Assembly: GCA_051453625.1 (NCBI GenBank)
Contig: JBOZIK010000001.1
Location: 2,684,311-2,720,313 of the forward strand
Length of the DNA: 36,003 nucleotides
Reading direction: 5' to 3'
DNA from: Welwitschia mirabilis
Taxonomy: Eukaryota
This document shows, one piece after another, positions 23,930-36,003 of this stretch. A model generated the notes under the pieces. The model was not told the DNA's origin, did no database searches, and worked only from the letters and a program-made list of their open reading frames with translations. The position numbers were made by a program, and so were the translations under genes. Positions within the stretch are counted from its first letter, which is position 1. Each line of letters starts with the position of its first letter.

Positions 23930-26800
23930 TGATGAAACCTGGATTTTTGATATAATAAGGTATTAATAGTCACTGTTTGATACTTTTTAAACTTTAATAC
24001 TACATTTAGAGGTATTTTTTGTAATTTTTAGGTGATAAGAACCTTAGACACTTAACTAGATTAAAATGATGCATTATGATCTAGTTTGAGGCTCTTCGCA
24101 GTGATTGTAATTAGTAGATCAAGATTGAGGGTGAAAATACAGAGTATGGAGGACTATAGATGATTTATAGTTCCTTTTCCATTATCATATCTTATACATT
24201 TCTTTTTATGAATATTTTTATTCATTTTGGCACTAGACGTAAAACATTAGATGACATTAGGGATCTTTAGGACATTAGTACCTAGAAATTTGTAGTTCCA
24301 GAGCTATATTTTATACATTTTTTAGTTAATTTTAATGTACATTATAAAAGATAAAATTTAGTAATTTTATTATTTCTAAGTTTAAGTATTTATTTTCAAA
24401 TTACCTATGGACTGTAGTGCCATTTCCATGAGTAAAATCATGTTATAGCACCATTTGATAATTTTGCCTAGTCAAGCATGAATTACATGTAAAAATTAGA
24501 TGGTTTTAGCAATTACTTAGCTTAAAACAAATCAAAGTGCACCTAAAAAGATGTCCCTTAATTACTAAACTTAAATCATAACATTAATCTACCATTTTTA
24601 TGCCATTTTAATATGATTCAAGCCATTCTCAAGCATGGAAAGGAGATTATCTACCACATTTCTTCACTTCCAAGTTGATCTTCTCTTTATGTTAACTTTG
24701 GAAGCCCTCTACATTCTTCATTCGCATCTTTTTCTATCACATAAATTTATTTTTAGCCTCATAAACGCTTTTACATCCCATTTTACAACATATTTTCTCC
24801 CATTTTCATCCTTTCAAAGGGCATTATAGGGGTGGTGAAGTGCACGTGATTAGGAAGTATAGGAGGAGGAGGATAAGGAATTAAATATTATAAGAAATTA
24901 GATTTAAGACTAATGAAAAGGACTCTAATTTTATCTAAAACCAATAAGTGTTCTTTTTCTTCTCTTTTTATGCTTTTGATTATTTGATTGATGCATTTGC
25001 ATCATGTTTTTCTTTCAATTTAGTTAGAATTCTTATTGCACGTTACATGATTAGTGCTAATTACATTATTACAAATTTAGTACCTATTATAGAATAGTGT
25101 AAATTTGCATGATTGGTCACTATATGTCAAAGGAATCTTGTGTTTTATTCTTATTCTTTCTTCTTTTCTCCATTCTTCTCATTTTTCTAGTACATTTTCT
25201 TGTGATTCCACCTTTCTTCTAAGGTAAGTAAGGATGAATTTCTATTTTCTCCTTTTCAATAGTAGCAGATTGGTTTGTGAATATGTTCTTTACATTTTTG
25301 AGATTAAAATTATCTAATTTTACATGAATTCTTTAAAATTATCTCTCTTCTCAAAATCAAAGTAGAACTAGTAGATTTCAATACTTGTTTTGACTATAAC
25401 TCTTTTTTTGCGACTCGAGTGAGTCTGAAGCCTTATTAGTAGCTTCCTTACATAATTTAAAAAATTTCATCTTTAATTAGTTAGAAATCAAATCTAGCAT
25501 ATAAAACTCTTGTTTTTACCATTTTCAATCAAAGTCGTAGTTTTTTGAGAAAACTTTTTGAGCTATAAACTTTTAATTTTCTTTATTTTTCACAGTGAAG
25601 TTCACTATCATAATTAACAAGTTTTCAAAAATTCAAGATTCTATCTTATAGTAGTATTTTCATACTTTTAGAATATTCAATCCATTTTTTCTCAGGTTTT
25701 ATAGTTTACTTAATATTCTTGACCAAAGTAGGATTGACTGTAATTTTTGCAGTTTTTTCTTGATGAACTATTTCCATCAACTTTAATCGGTTCTACTTAA
25801 TCTTGAATATTTAGTTTCAAAACTTGTTTTAGAAAATATTCTAGGTATTTTAAAGGTTCTAAAAATTTTTAAGTCCATTCTTCTAAATTTTTTTCCCTTT
25901 TCTCTCTTTTCTTCCTTTTTCCTCTTTTTATTAGTCAAAACAACTTGAAATTGACTAAGTGCTCTTTTGATTTAATAAACATTCATATGTTGGTTGTTAT
26001 CAATTACCTATTGATTTAGAATCTATATTATATGTTTTAATGCCTTTTGTAACTCATTTCATGATAAGTAAAGAGTCATTTTTTAATTCAAATGTATCAA
26101 AATTCAGTTAAAATCTTGTTGAAGTTAAATGGTTTGATATGTCAATTTAAAGAATTTAGTTTTTTAAGTGCCATATTTTGATTCTAAGTTATTGTACATT
26201 TTACGTAAAATTAAATTAGATATTTGAATTACTTAATTACATGCATATGATATGATTTCAAGTAGTCTTCTTTCCAATAAAAAATATTTTTATGTGAAAA
26301 TGAGTTTGATAGATTTGACTATTTAAAGTCTCTTACTTATTCATATGAGTTAAAATTGATCTATAGAATCATAATTAATGTTTATCAAAGATTAGTTCTT
26401 TTTATTCTATTAAATTTTTGTTTTTAGATCTCATGAAATTACATTTTTACACATGGTCCTTTACAATAATTATACATCATGTGTTGTAATTACTTGTATG
26501 TCCAATGAAAGAAATAGTTGTTTTATCATGTAAAGTAATAGTTTGATAAGACAATATTAATATTTTCATATGAATTCATGTTAAGTGTTTCATCATTTTG
26601 ATACTTGTTTGATTCCACTATATGCATTTTACCCAGGAGATTTCTTTATGCTTTAATTTGAAACTTTTATGCTTAATTTTCTTTCCCTAAGTTGAATTAT
26701 CATGTTAAGTATACATTTATTTTTGTGAAGGCTCAAAGCATGATATTTTCATTTAAAAATTAAGTTTTTCCTTCATTTAGATGACTTATAGATAATTGAT
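23930..26800 (+). repeat. LTR-like unit, copy 3 (3'-truncated)
   Basis: Starts TGATGAAAC and is collinear with copy 1 up to about 21970/26760; similarity fades by ~26840. Confidence 0.8.
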
Positions 26801-27564
26801 CATTATATTTTTACTTATTAAGTCTTAAGAACTACATATACTAAGTCTAAACTAAGTATCCATAAACTTCTTAATTAGTGTTCATATAAATGTTAACATT
26901 TTACATCTCCATATGCTACTTGATCATCTCTTATGCTAACACGTTATTTTTCATGGGTTTTAATTTTCAAAATCTAGTATACCTAATACAATTTTATGCT
27001 AGAAAATTAGTTTGCATAAGTGGTGTCTAACAGAGATGTGTTAACATATATTCTTTTCATAATAATATTTTATAACATAGGGTCCTTCGATGATAGAGTT
27101 TTACATAATTTTTGGAATTTTGTTTTTTTTTTTCCTTGTCCATTACCAATTACTTTAAAATCTAGTGTAGAACATCTGCTATGGATAATATAGAGTTTTG
27201 AAAAGTTAAAAAGATAGCTTAAGGATTCCATTAGCTTAACTATTTCTTAATCAGTAATAAGAAGTACCTAAAAGATTGATTTATTAAGGATTAAATTAGT
27301 TTAGATATATACCTATACTAACTCTAAGTTTTAGATAAACTAGTTCCTCAGACTTTACATTCTCAAAAATTATTTCTTGTATGATATTAATTTTAACTTT
27401 TTTTAAGCAATTTTTTCATTTTTTCTTTTATCATTTTTCCTATGATTCTAAGTTAACATGATAAGATTGAAGTTATGACTTACAAGAATAGATTTATGAA
27501 AAACCTATTTACTCATTAGCTTCAAATGAATAATTATCATTAGGGCTTAGTATTTTGATATCAC

Positions 27565-30372
27565 TGTGAAACCATAGTGGATGTGTAAAGTCTACACTTT
27601 TTAGCTAAAAACTTCAGATATTGTTCTAATATGAAAATGTAACATCTACAATTTTCACTCAAAGACTTCAAACTCTTATTTCTATTAAGGTGTAAAGATA
27701 AGCTAAAAAGATATTAAAGCACTTAAGCTAATTTATAATAAAAAGGAGTTCTAATCGTAAAACAATAATATTAGAACAATCAAAATTAAGCTTATATATT
27801 AGAAAATAAAATATTAATTAATAATAGAAAGTGACATTAAGTTTTTAAAAAAAAATAAACCCTAATTAATAATCTTAAACGTTAACAAATTAGCCATTAG
27901 AATTAGCAGAGTAGAACTAAAGAATTAGCTTAAGGGATTGTAATATTAGCCATGTAAGTATTCAAGAATATGTAATCTTTGAGAAAATAATAAGGGAATA
28001 CAAGGAGCTTGAAATAAAGGATTTAATTATAGATATTATCACTTAATTAAAATAGAAAGATGAAAATCAAGAAGGTTGAGCCTATAAGAAAGCGATATGT
28101 ATAAGAGAAAACAATACATGCTAGCTAAACTTATTAAATGAAATCTTCAAGTAAAGGTATAATTATGAGCCTTTTTAAATGGAAAATCAAATTCAAGTTT
28201 AACAAATAGAAAAATTTGAGATCTTAAAGATATGATGTTTACATGATAGCCATAGAAAACTTGCAATAATAATAATACAGCTTCCCAAGTTAAAACATAA
28301 GAGATGGTTTATAAATCTGGTCTTAATACAACTGCAAAAACATAAAGCATAAAATAAATGAGTAAATAATAAAATAGCTCAAGCCAATTGTAATAAGCGT
28401 CTCTTTATTAATGTCCAAAATCCATACCAACATCTAAACCTACATAAATAATATGGTATGAAAACCTTGAAATCATCATAGTTTCTAGTATGGCCAAGGC
28501 AAGGTAAAGATTAAGATAGTAAGAACCTTAAGACATAAGATAGATTAAGATAAGATAAGAAGAAATACTCCAAAATTATCAAGCATGAGATTTCATGGAA
28601 ATTGAATAAGATTAACTAGTTTTATCATATAATTTAACACTAGCTTATTTAGTGATATGTGGTTTTATTTTTACATTGCCATTGCCTCATTTATGATTTG
28701 TGGTTTTACTTTTATTTTTCCATTGCCTTAGTGGGTGATTTATGAATTTATAAATTCCATTTCCTCATTTAGTGATCTATGGATTTCCATATTCCATTTT
28801 CTAATTTGTCAATCTATGGAACTCTCATTTTCATAAGAATATTTAAAGTTTTAAAGATGTAAAAAGAAAGAATAAGATTTATTTCCATGAATTATCTTTT
28901 CAAGTATTAAGATACTTCAAAAAATAATCTAATGTTGTAAAATTTTTTCACTTCATAAGAATTATGATTATTCAAGAATAATCTTTTGAATCTACAATAA
29001 ATTTTCATAGAAGAATTTTAGACCAATTAGAAATAAACAAGACTTTTTTAAAAATTTATAAGAATTTTAAAAAAATCATAAGCTTTTAATAAGAAAAACA
29101 AGAATTTTATTGGATCACAAAAGGATGTAAGAACTTAGAATCATACTCAAAATTCAATGTAAAGTTTTCCAATATTCAAGATTATTATGCCTAAGTTCCA
29201 TAAACTCTTAAGATTTCAAAGACTCCAGAGTTTTGAAAGCTCCTAGATGGGAGGTTATCAAAATCCAATACTAGAATATTTTTTCAAAGAACAAAATTAA
29301 AGAAAATGGATTTCTATATATAATAAGAATAAGAAATGGAATAAATGATATCAAGGAATAAATAATAATAGTAAATGCTTAACTAATCATTAGGAAAAAT
29401 AGTTGTTATTTCCTACCCCTAATTATCACTTTACCTAGCCACTGAGTACATTTAATATTTCATCATAATAATAGTAAATGCTCAACATGTTAAAAATATT
29501 TTATCTATACTAAATAATTAATAGTTATCAAAGATCTATCTCCATCATTAATACATTACATAATCCAAAAGTTATTGGTATTTTCCAAAATAAGTATAAA
29601 GAAGATAAAGCTTAGTCATATGGTATCCCACTATGTTTGGAAAAGATAAAGAATCATTTGTATGTACTTAAATAAACTATCCAAAGGAAAATGCCTAAGT
29701 TTTGAAAACATGCCACTACTTGTAATTATTAAGAAAAAGATACTAAATAATAATTACTTTGATTTATCCAATCAAGATGAGACATTTAATAAGTAATTTC
29801 AATAGAACATCACGATAAGACTTTGTCACATATAAATATTTTACCCTAATGAGTTAACATTAACTAATAACACAATAAAATGGAAGATAATAATTATGAG
29901 TATTACTTTAGCATGCACTACTAATATAAAATATTAAAATAATCCAACATAACATATCTTAATCATTATACATATTATAAAAATATTTTTTATATATTAA
30001 AATGCAAAAATGAAAAAAATAAGGTAATATACTAATCATGGTATGTTAGACATAATAGTTATAAAAAGAAATAAAATAACATTTTTATAACCAATAATTT
30101 AGCCATTAATAGTATTAAATAAATAAGAAAAGACTAATGAAATAATATTAGTAATTATAATACAAGAAAAGAAATAATTTAAAATAATATTTATAGCACA
30201 ATATGTTTTCACAAAGTAAAGAATTACATCTAAAATAATAACATGCTAATAAGTAAAGAATCTAGAAATTAAATAAAATTAGTGAATTCCATAGGATAAA
30301 AATTATTTTTAACTAGTTTTTACTTAACTATTTGGACTAAATCTTTTGACCTTGAAAATTCTAGACATGATA
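27565..30372 (-). repeat. LTR-like block B, a diverged relative of block A
   Basis: PBS-like TGATATCA at 27556-27563. 27584-27655 aligns with 14808-14880. Shared repeat array. End GACCTTGAAAATTCTAGACATGATA parallels AACCTTGAAAAATTGGGATCCAACA in block A. Confidence 0.6.
28638..28819. repeat. Array of five ~25-bp degenerate repeats inside LTR block B
   Basis: Copies at 28638, 28680, 28721, 28758 and 28795 with the same consensus as the array at 17378. Confidence 0.85.
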
Positions 30373-31559
30373 GGGTGACTTTCGATTGAATATGATGGTG
30401 GGTCTAGACTTTGGCATCATCATAGACAAAGACTTTTTATTACAACTATGTCTAAAGAAATTTTTTAATAAATGAAGAAGTATTATGCCTTCACCTTTAT
30501 TAGGCCACTATAGAAAGACTATTTCTAGATAAATCCTAAAGAAGATGTGATGAAAAATTTCTATTAAAAGAGCATTTTCAAGTAATTATCATTCATAATG
30601 GATTTCTACATTTTATCTTTTTGAATTTTAAAGGTGTGCTAGCAATACTTTTTTGTGGTTCTTATTTCTTTAGAAGAAGGAATTTAACTCTTATATAATA
30701 AAAACCTTTTATTATTAATCAAATGAATGCATTGGAAGAAATGTAATATTGGGTTCAAATATTAAATCCTCATCCTAAGTTTTAGAGTTAAAGCTTATTT
30801 AAAAAATTTATTAACAAATTGAAAAGGTACATCAAATTTAATAGACCAACGAAAAATTATACTTAAAATGGTTATAATTCATGTATGTATTTATATACAT
30901 CCTAAAAATTTATAATTTAAGATATTGTGCTTAAAAACTAAATGCATAAAATTAATTTTGAAACTTGAGTTTAAAAATCTTTCTATTCTTTATCTTCATT
31001 ATGAATTAGAAAGACATTCTCTAAATGCTTATAGATTCATTATAAGTGTTTCTTCTAATGATAGAACACATCCAACTTCAAGTGAAAATTAGCAAAAAGT
31101 TAAAAATAAAAATACTAGAAAAATGAGTTAATCAATATGTATTTCAACAGCTAAGATATCTATAATGATTTTTTTTTTGAGGTTCTTTCTAAAAAATCTA
31201 GAGGAGACAGATATAAAAATGAATAGAAAAATGAGCAAAATAATTATAATGATGAGCATATAAATGGTAGAGCCTAAATAAAATAGTAATGGACATGAAA
31301 CAATAAAGATAAAGCTAATAAAAACCACCTACATTAGAAAGAGTCAGCTTAGGAGCTCTGCCAAGGTTTTGAAGCTCTACTAGATTTTGGTGGATCTGGA
31401 GCATAGGAGGAAGTAAGGCTTGAAAGGCCATAGATCAGTGGGGATGGTTTTAGTCCCTGGTCATGGAATATGAGGATGATTTTGGCCATGAGATAGGTAT
31501 TCTACTGGTAAGTTATAGCATTTTTTTTTGTTTAGCAGTTCTGGTCCATTTTTAGGTTT

Positions 31560-32678
31560 TTTCTTTTTTGAGGGGTTTGGCCCTAATGTGGAGAAGACTT
31601 AGTTATCTAGGGAAGAAAAATCCCTTGCATTGCACATTGATGAAGATGCCTGTAGTGAAATCAAGAAGAAGATCAGATACAGTCTAATTGAAAAGTTTAT
31701 CTCCTTTAGTCCTCGACCAAGGTTGAATCGAATCTATGAATGAGTTGCTACTAAATGGACAGGAGTTAACAAAGTTGATATTATTGTAATGCTAAAAGAG
31801 TTGGTATTATTTCAACTAGATAACAAATGAGATCAAGATGAAATAATCGCAAGAGGTTCATGGTCTTTTAGCACTCTGGACTTACCCTAGCCAAATGAAC
31901 GTTGGGGCCGCAATTCAACCTGAATCTATTTATGAGACTTCTAATCTAGATCCACATCCACAAGTTCCCATTGAAATTTTGGGATGAAGATCTATTAAGG
32001 AGAATGACAACTTAGTTTGGTGAACTCGTCAAACTCGACAGGATCACTATTAAATAGATAAGATTAGTATTGGCTATATTCTATGTTTGGATGAGCCTAG
32101 AGGATACCAAGGAGATCCAATTTGTAAAGTTTAGACCTAAATGAGGTATTTGTGATCTTGATGTCACCTACGAGAATCTTCCAATCCCTTGTATAGTCTG
32201 TGAAAAATTAGGAAATCTCTCTGGAAGATGTACTCCTCCTGAAAAAAATGTTCACATTATGAAAGATTGGGTCATCTACGAGAAGAATGTAAAAGAAGAT
32301 TAATTGATATTGAAGAAAAGCCAAAGGAAACCTATACTTTTTATGGGAAAACTAATTACAATTAGAACATATACCAACATAAGTAAAGGCAAGAACAAAC
32401 GAAAAAAGTATGACTATTTTTGCCAAGGAAAGCAAAAAAAGGAAGTATCAGAATTGGAGCATAACCTCTTTCAATCTCTTGTGGATGAGAATGATATTCA
32501 ATAATCTCTAAATGACAATGAAACTAATGAAGTGAAAACTCAAACAAAGGGAAGGCCTAGTAATAGAACTCTCTGAGAACGAGAAACAAAAGAGAAGGTT
32601 GCAAATAGTTATCAAGCCACCATTAATGATAACTTAAGGAAAGGTCAAGTGCCTCGAAAGGGGTAAAAACACCCTTAA
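31560..32678 (+). pseudogene. LINE ORF1 (DUF4283 and zf-CCHC_4-like)
   Basis: SLIEKFISF..RLNRIYE*VATKW..LVLFQL..IIARGSWSF; IHKFPLKFWDE..FGELVKLD; VTYENLPIPCIVCEKLGNLSGRC (~32163-32232); C-terminal KGRPSN..RE..QATI. Start position uncertain. Confidence 0.88.
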
Positions 32679-35600
32679 TAAATTATCTCACATAGAATTA
32701 TAGGGGATTAGGATAATCCTATAAGAAAAAGAACTTACGAAACCTGATAAGTTAATATAATATTGATTTAGTTTGCTTATAGAAACAAAGATAAAAAATG
32801 ATATGGGAAAAATGAATTTAGGGCAGAAATGGATTTCTTTCATCATTGCAGCCCAAGGAAACTTTGGTGGCCTTATGATTTCTATCAAAAAAGAGGCAGA
32901 TCTAATTCAAAGTAGTAAGAACCACATTACAATTCTTCTTAAAAAAGAAAACTGGACTATCACAAATTTTTATAGTCCATAACACAATCAAGACAAGGTC
33001 AGTATCTTAGAAGAAGCTCAGAGAATAGTCATAGATAAATTTAAATGGCTCATGTTGGGTGACTTCAATCAATGTCTTCATCATTAAGAAAAATTAGGAG
33101 GTAGTAATTGAAATTTTAGAGGTGGCTTAATACTAAAAGGCTTTTTGGTAAGAAACTCCCTCATAGATGTCGCTATTTCTAGGTGCAAATACATGTGATC
33201 GAATAGAAGAGCAGGTACAAATCTGATAATGTCTAATATTGACAAAGTTTTGACTCAAAAGGATCTATCTAAACTCCCACTTAAAGCCTATGATTTGAGC
33301 AAGATTGCCTCAGACCACCATCATATCAAACTTAGAGTGGGGGCGATTTTGTTCCAAAAAATTCCATTTCATATAGAACAGTATTGGATTAACTAGATAG
33401 AAAATAGAGTGTTATTAGAAAAAATATGGACACAGTATGATGGAACCCAACCTATAACATTTTTGTACATGGGCCTCAATACCCTAAAGGCTTACATAAG
33501 AGATTAAAGAAGGAAAGATAAAGATAGGTTTAAATAAAAAACTGAGCTTGAGAAGGAAATCAAAAGAATCCAAACTAAGTAGGAGGAGGGAGGTAACTAG
33601 GATAGTCTATGGATTAGATAATATTAGTGCCTAAAAGATCTCCAAGAAAAAAATGCTGATGAAGAACATTACTAGAGAAAACACTCAAGGATCAAGTGGT
33701 TAAAAGAGCATGATAAACATACTGGATTCTTCTTCCAACAAGCCAACCAACATAGATCAGATAATAGGATCATAAAACTATTCATAGGAGGTCAAATCAT
33801 AAAAAATGAAGAGGATATAGCTAAAGAATTAGAAGCCTATCTTAAGAGAGTCTCAGAATGGGACGATATCACCCTCGACTTAATTCCAGAAAATAAGAAA
33901 GTCTCGAGTGAAGATAATTATATGTTGATTAAACCTCTTAGTAGAGAAGAGATCTTATTTGATGTTAGATTCATGAAGAATAAACGAGTTCCTGGCCCTA
34001 ATGGTTTGCCGATCAAACTTTTCAAATCCCACTTCTCCATCTTAGGGGATAACCTTCATGATGTAATGCAAGAAGTATTCCAAAATAGACAGATTCCTAG
34101 GGAAATAAATAGAATTAGGATGGTAGTTATACCAAATAAAAGGGATGTTAAAAAACTAGAGGATTTTAGGCCTCTAATTATTTGTAACATTATTTATAGA
34201 ATTTTTACAAAAATCATGGTTGATCAAATCGCCCCCCTAGTTCCCAATGTAATTTCATAGAAATAAGCCAGCTTCATCTGATCCACATATATCTAAGACT
34301 AAATCCTCTTGACTCATGAGATTATTCACTTTGTTAAAAATTATAAATTTCCTCTCCTTATTGCTAAATTAGATATTACTAAAGCTTATGATTTTGTTAG
34401 TTAGCAAGCGTTAGAGTATATTCTTAAAAAAATAGGCTTTTATCATTATTAATCTCTGGCTAAACATGCAGGCTTCTACCAAATTTAGTGTAGAGGTAAA
34501 CAACCATAGATCAAATTTCTTCTCAATAGGAAAAGGGATGAGATAAGGGTACCCCCTATTCCCATGCCTTTTTCTTTTTGTGATGAATGCATTACAAGTT
34601 TTCTTAAGAAGGAACAAAGTTACAGAAATCAAAATTGAAGGCCAAACATTTCTCAATAATTACTATGCAGATGACACCATAATTATGATCAGGGCATCAT
34701 TTTAGTAAGTAAAAGTAATAAAAAATGCCATGAACATCTTTTTAGAGGCAATAGGATTACATACTAACTAGAACAAATCAAGAATACATACTTTGAGCAG
34801 AAAATGTATCAGAGGAGGTGAAATCACCCAAATCCTGAGTACAAAGTTAGGAGATTTATAAGATATCTACTTGGGCATCCCTATCTAAAATTAGTACAAG
34901 ACAAATACCTAGAATTACATCTTGAAATTCATCTAAAGATGGTGCAACTCATGGCAAAATAACTTTATCTTCTCTAAAGTTAAAATCATTCTCACCAACT
35001 CTTGCTTAATTTCCTCTTTTTGGTACATAGCTTCTGTTATCCCCCTCCCCTTTCCCTCCACCAACCAAGAAATATGATACACAAAATCAATATGATCTTA
35101 AAGGATTTTATTTGATAAAAAGGAAAGAACCACAACTAAAATCATCTTTTTAAATGAAAAACTCTTGTCTGGCCAAAGCAATCAGGAGGTTGAGGGATTC
35201 AAAAACCTAAAGATTGCATCCTTACTAAAGCACATAGAATTTTAAAGAGAATATAAGAAGGAGGTCAGCCCTGGTGTAATTTGATTAATTACAAATATAG
35301 AGATTTGAAAATTAATCATAGGCAGTCCTATCTAAGGAAACATCTCAGTAAAGCTCGATAACAACTCATTGACATAAATATTTGTCAGTCTGATTCAACC
35401 AAGGAAATCTTTCTAAAGAAGTATGTAAGAAAGGATGCACATAAGAAGTATTGGAAGGGATAGATTCCAGAAAAACTTAAGGTTTTTTTTCTAGTTAAAA
35501 GATCACCAGAGAATTTTAACTAAAGACCAATTACTCAAAAGGGAATTTGAAGTAGAATCAAACTGTCCTATCTACCAGTCTAATCCAAAAACAACACAAC

Positions 35601-35902
35601 ATCTATTTCATCACTTCTTTTGGAGTAAAGAATTAATCTCCATAATGAAAAAATACTATCAAAACTATAACACCCTTGATATGTATTTATTGGATGAGAT
35701 CCACATGCTATTTTGACAGATTTGGAAGATTAGAAACAATTTGATTTTCAATAACATCCCCCTTTCATTTCCTATAAATACTATAAGGAGGATTATTCAA
35801 CTTCACTTCCAAATCAAATTTGTGATGGAAGCCATATCAACAATCGAGCATTCTGATCTAGGTCTCTTCATAGAATGCCCTACTCTATGGGAAAAAGTAT
35901 AG
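32678..35902 (+). pseudogene. LINE ORF2 (APE-like endonuclease, reverse transcriptase, zf-RVT)
   Basis: NYLT*NYRGLG, LIETK, TNFYSP, LGDFN (~33055), SNIDKV, SDHH (~33310). RT motifs PGPNG, FRPLIICNIIYRIFTKIM (ORF 33922-34260), KLDITKAYD, GMR*GYPL, YADD (34664-34675), YLGIP (~34868). zf-RVT CPIY...TTQHLF (~35563-35610), then IWKIRN. Confidence 0.95.
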
Positions 35903-36003
35903 GCAGTGGGGTGGGGACTCCTTTTGCATAATGTTATAACCCACATTTTGTAAGCTTTAATTAATAGGGTTTCTAAACTATGTAAAACATTTTGATATCA
36001 ATT

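Larger units (their letters stand above)
31560..35902 (+). mobile_element. L1-clade LINE retrotransposon, near full length, degenerate
   Basis: ORF1 (DUF4283 plus zinc knuckle) followed directly by ORF2 (endonuclease, RT, zf-RVT). Boundaries are approximate; no poly-A tail or TSD seen. Confidence 0.93.

Noticed and set aside
30390..30430. SRLWHH reading, reminiscent of the copia GAG-pre-integrase motif
   Set aside because: No LGH continuation and no neighbouring copia motifs.
31508..31538. GTAAG...TTTAGCAG intron-like signal upstream of LINE ORF1
   Set aside because: About 31 nt, too short for a typical plant intron, with no supporting exon.
35905..36003. G-rich tract, TGTTATAACCC and a terminal TTTTGATATCAATT suggesting another LTR or PBS
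   Set aside because: Short motifs at the window edge with inconsistent orientation; cannot be supported without downstream sequence.

Overview
This is AT-rich plant nuclear DNA from a gapped draft assembly, made almost entirely of decayed transposable elements; I find no intact host gene, RNA gene or CRISPR system. Left to right: (1) the 5' half of a minus-strand Ty1/copia element of Sirevirus (SIRE/Maximus) type, with LTR, PBS and a gag-protease-integrase pseudogene (1-4032); (2) a bounded minus-strand hAT transposon (4599-10664, perfect 8-bp TSD GTGGAGAT) carrying a multi-intron BED/DUF659/hAT-dimerisation transposase pseudogene, apparently inserted into an older plus-strand Athila-like gypsy remnant; (3) two diverged, related minus-strand LTR-like blocks (14808-18750 and 27565-30372), each next to a tRNA-iMet PBS-like motif and each holding an internal ~25-bp repeat array; (4) a head-to-tail array of three TGATGA...TCATCA LTR-like units (19198 to ~26800), the middle one deleted at a 6-bp microhomology; (5) a near full-length decayed L1 LINE (~31560-35900). 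All coding remnants carry stops or frameshifts, mostly from C>T/G>A changes. Protein motifs were translated by eye and family assignments are by motif recognition, not database search. I found no evidence of a new biological system; the points of interest are structural features of the elements.
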